DNA of 64,000 nt, taken from Octopus bimaculoides. Its lineage: Eukaryota. The notes below the pieces were generated by a model, which was not told the origin of the DNA, ran no database searches, and saw only the letters and a list, made by a program, of their open reading frames with translations. Below, one piece after another: positions 63,565 through 64,000 of the stretch; the stretch's first letter is position 1, and every line of letters starts with the position of its first letter. Both the position numbers and the translations under genes were made by a program. Location: NCBI RefSeq assembly GCF_001194135.2, contig NC_068982.1, forward strand, positions 35,849,122 to 35,913,121. The letters run 5' to 3'.

Positions 63565-64000
63565 CTGTGGAGTACAAATAAAAGAAAAGGCATATATTAA
63601 TTAACAGACTAAACATTTGTATATTTCGGAAATAAATATAAAATAAATTATTACTAAGAGATTTAACCATTAAAATTATATTCCTTTCTTTATCCTTTTC
63701 CATGAGGGTTAGATGAATCTGAAAGTCTGAACAATTACAGGAAATCTATAACTGGAATTCCTTCTTAACACAAACCATTAAAAACTTAAATGAAATAGAT
63801 CAAAGTACATTTTGGAAGCATACTACACACAAGCAGGGTTTGAAACCTCCACAAACTATTTTGCTGCTTGAAGAAACAATGCTTTGCCTTGGGCTTTCAA
63901 TTCATAGAGGCATCATCATGAAATACAGCATGTTTGGTACATTTTTAGACCTGGCAGAGCCCATCCCTCTACAGGCTTGACTAGAACATGACTGGTAATT

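Overview
AT-rich, intron-rich metazoan DNA with three N-gaps. The SINE, MITE and RTE repertoire points to an octopus/coleoid cephalopod (inference). Four protein-coding loci can be supported by manual splicing. (1) A complete 7-exon SYF2 on the minus strand (15277->3588, 238 aa), head-to-head with an intact tRNA-Gly(GCC) at 15568-15638. (2) An intronless RCE1 CAAX protease on the plus strand (33308-34180, 290 aa). (3) A strongly divergent 5-exon Tctex-1-fold dynein light chain gene on the minus strand (49248->45069, about 148 aa), almost invisible in the ORF track. (4) The last coding exon of SLC39A7/ZIP7 on the minus strand (63313-63564). The rest is mostly decayed transposons: tRNA-derived SINEs, RTE and L1/Tx1-type LINE fragments, Tc1/mariner elements, TTAA-flanked MITEs and a non-autonomous Helitron. 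The most interesting observations are the divergent Tctex-1 paralogue, the intronless RCE1, an RTE copy with twin-priming-type 5' inversion, a 151-bp copy of the ZIP7 3'UTR inserted between 19-bp direct repeats about 1 kb downstream, and a weak SYF2 acceptor with a competing AG that would trigger NMD. No wholly new multi-gene system is evident. Exon coordinates were counted by hand and TE boundaries are approximate unless TSDs or TIRs are quoted.
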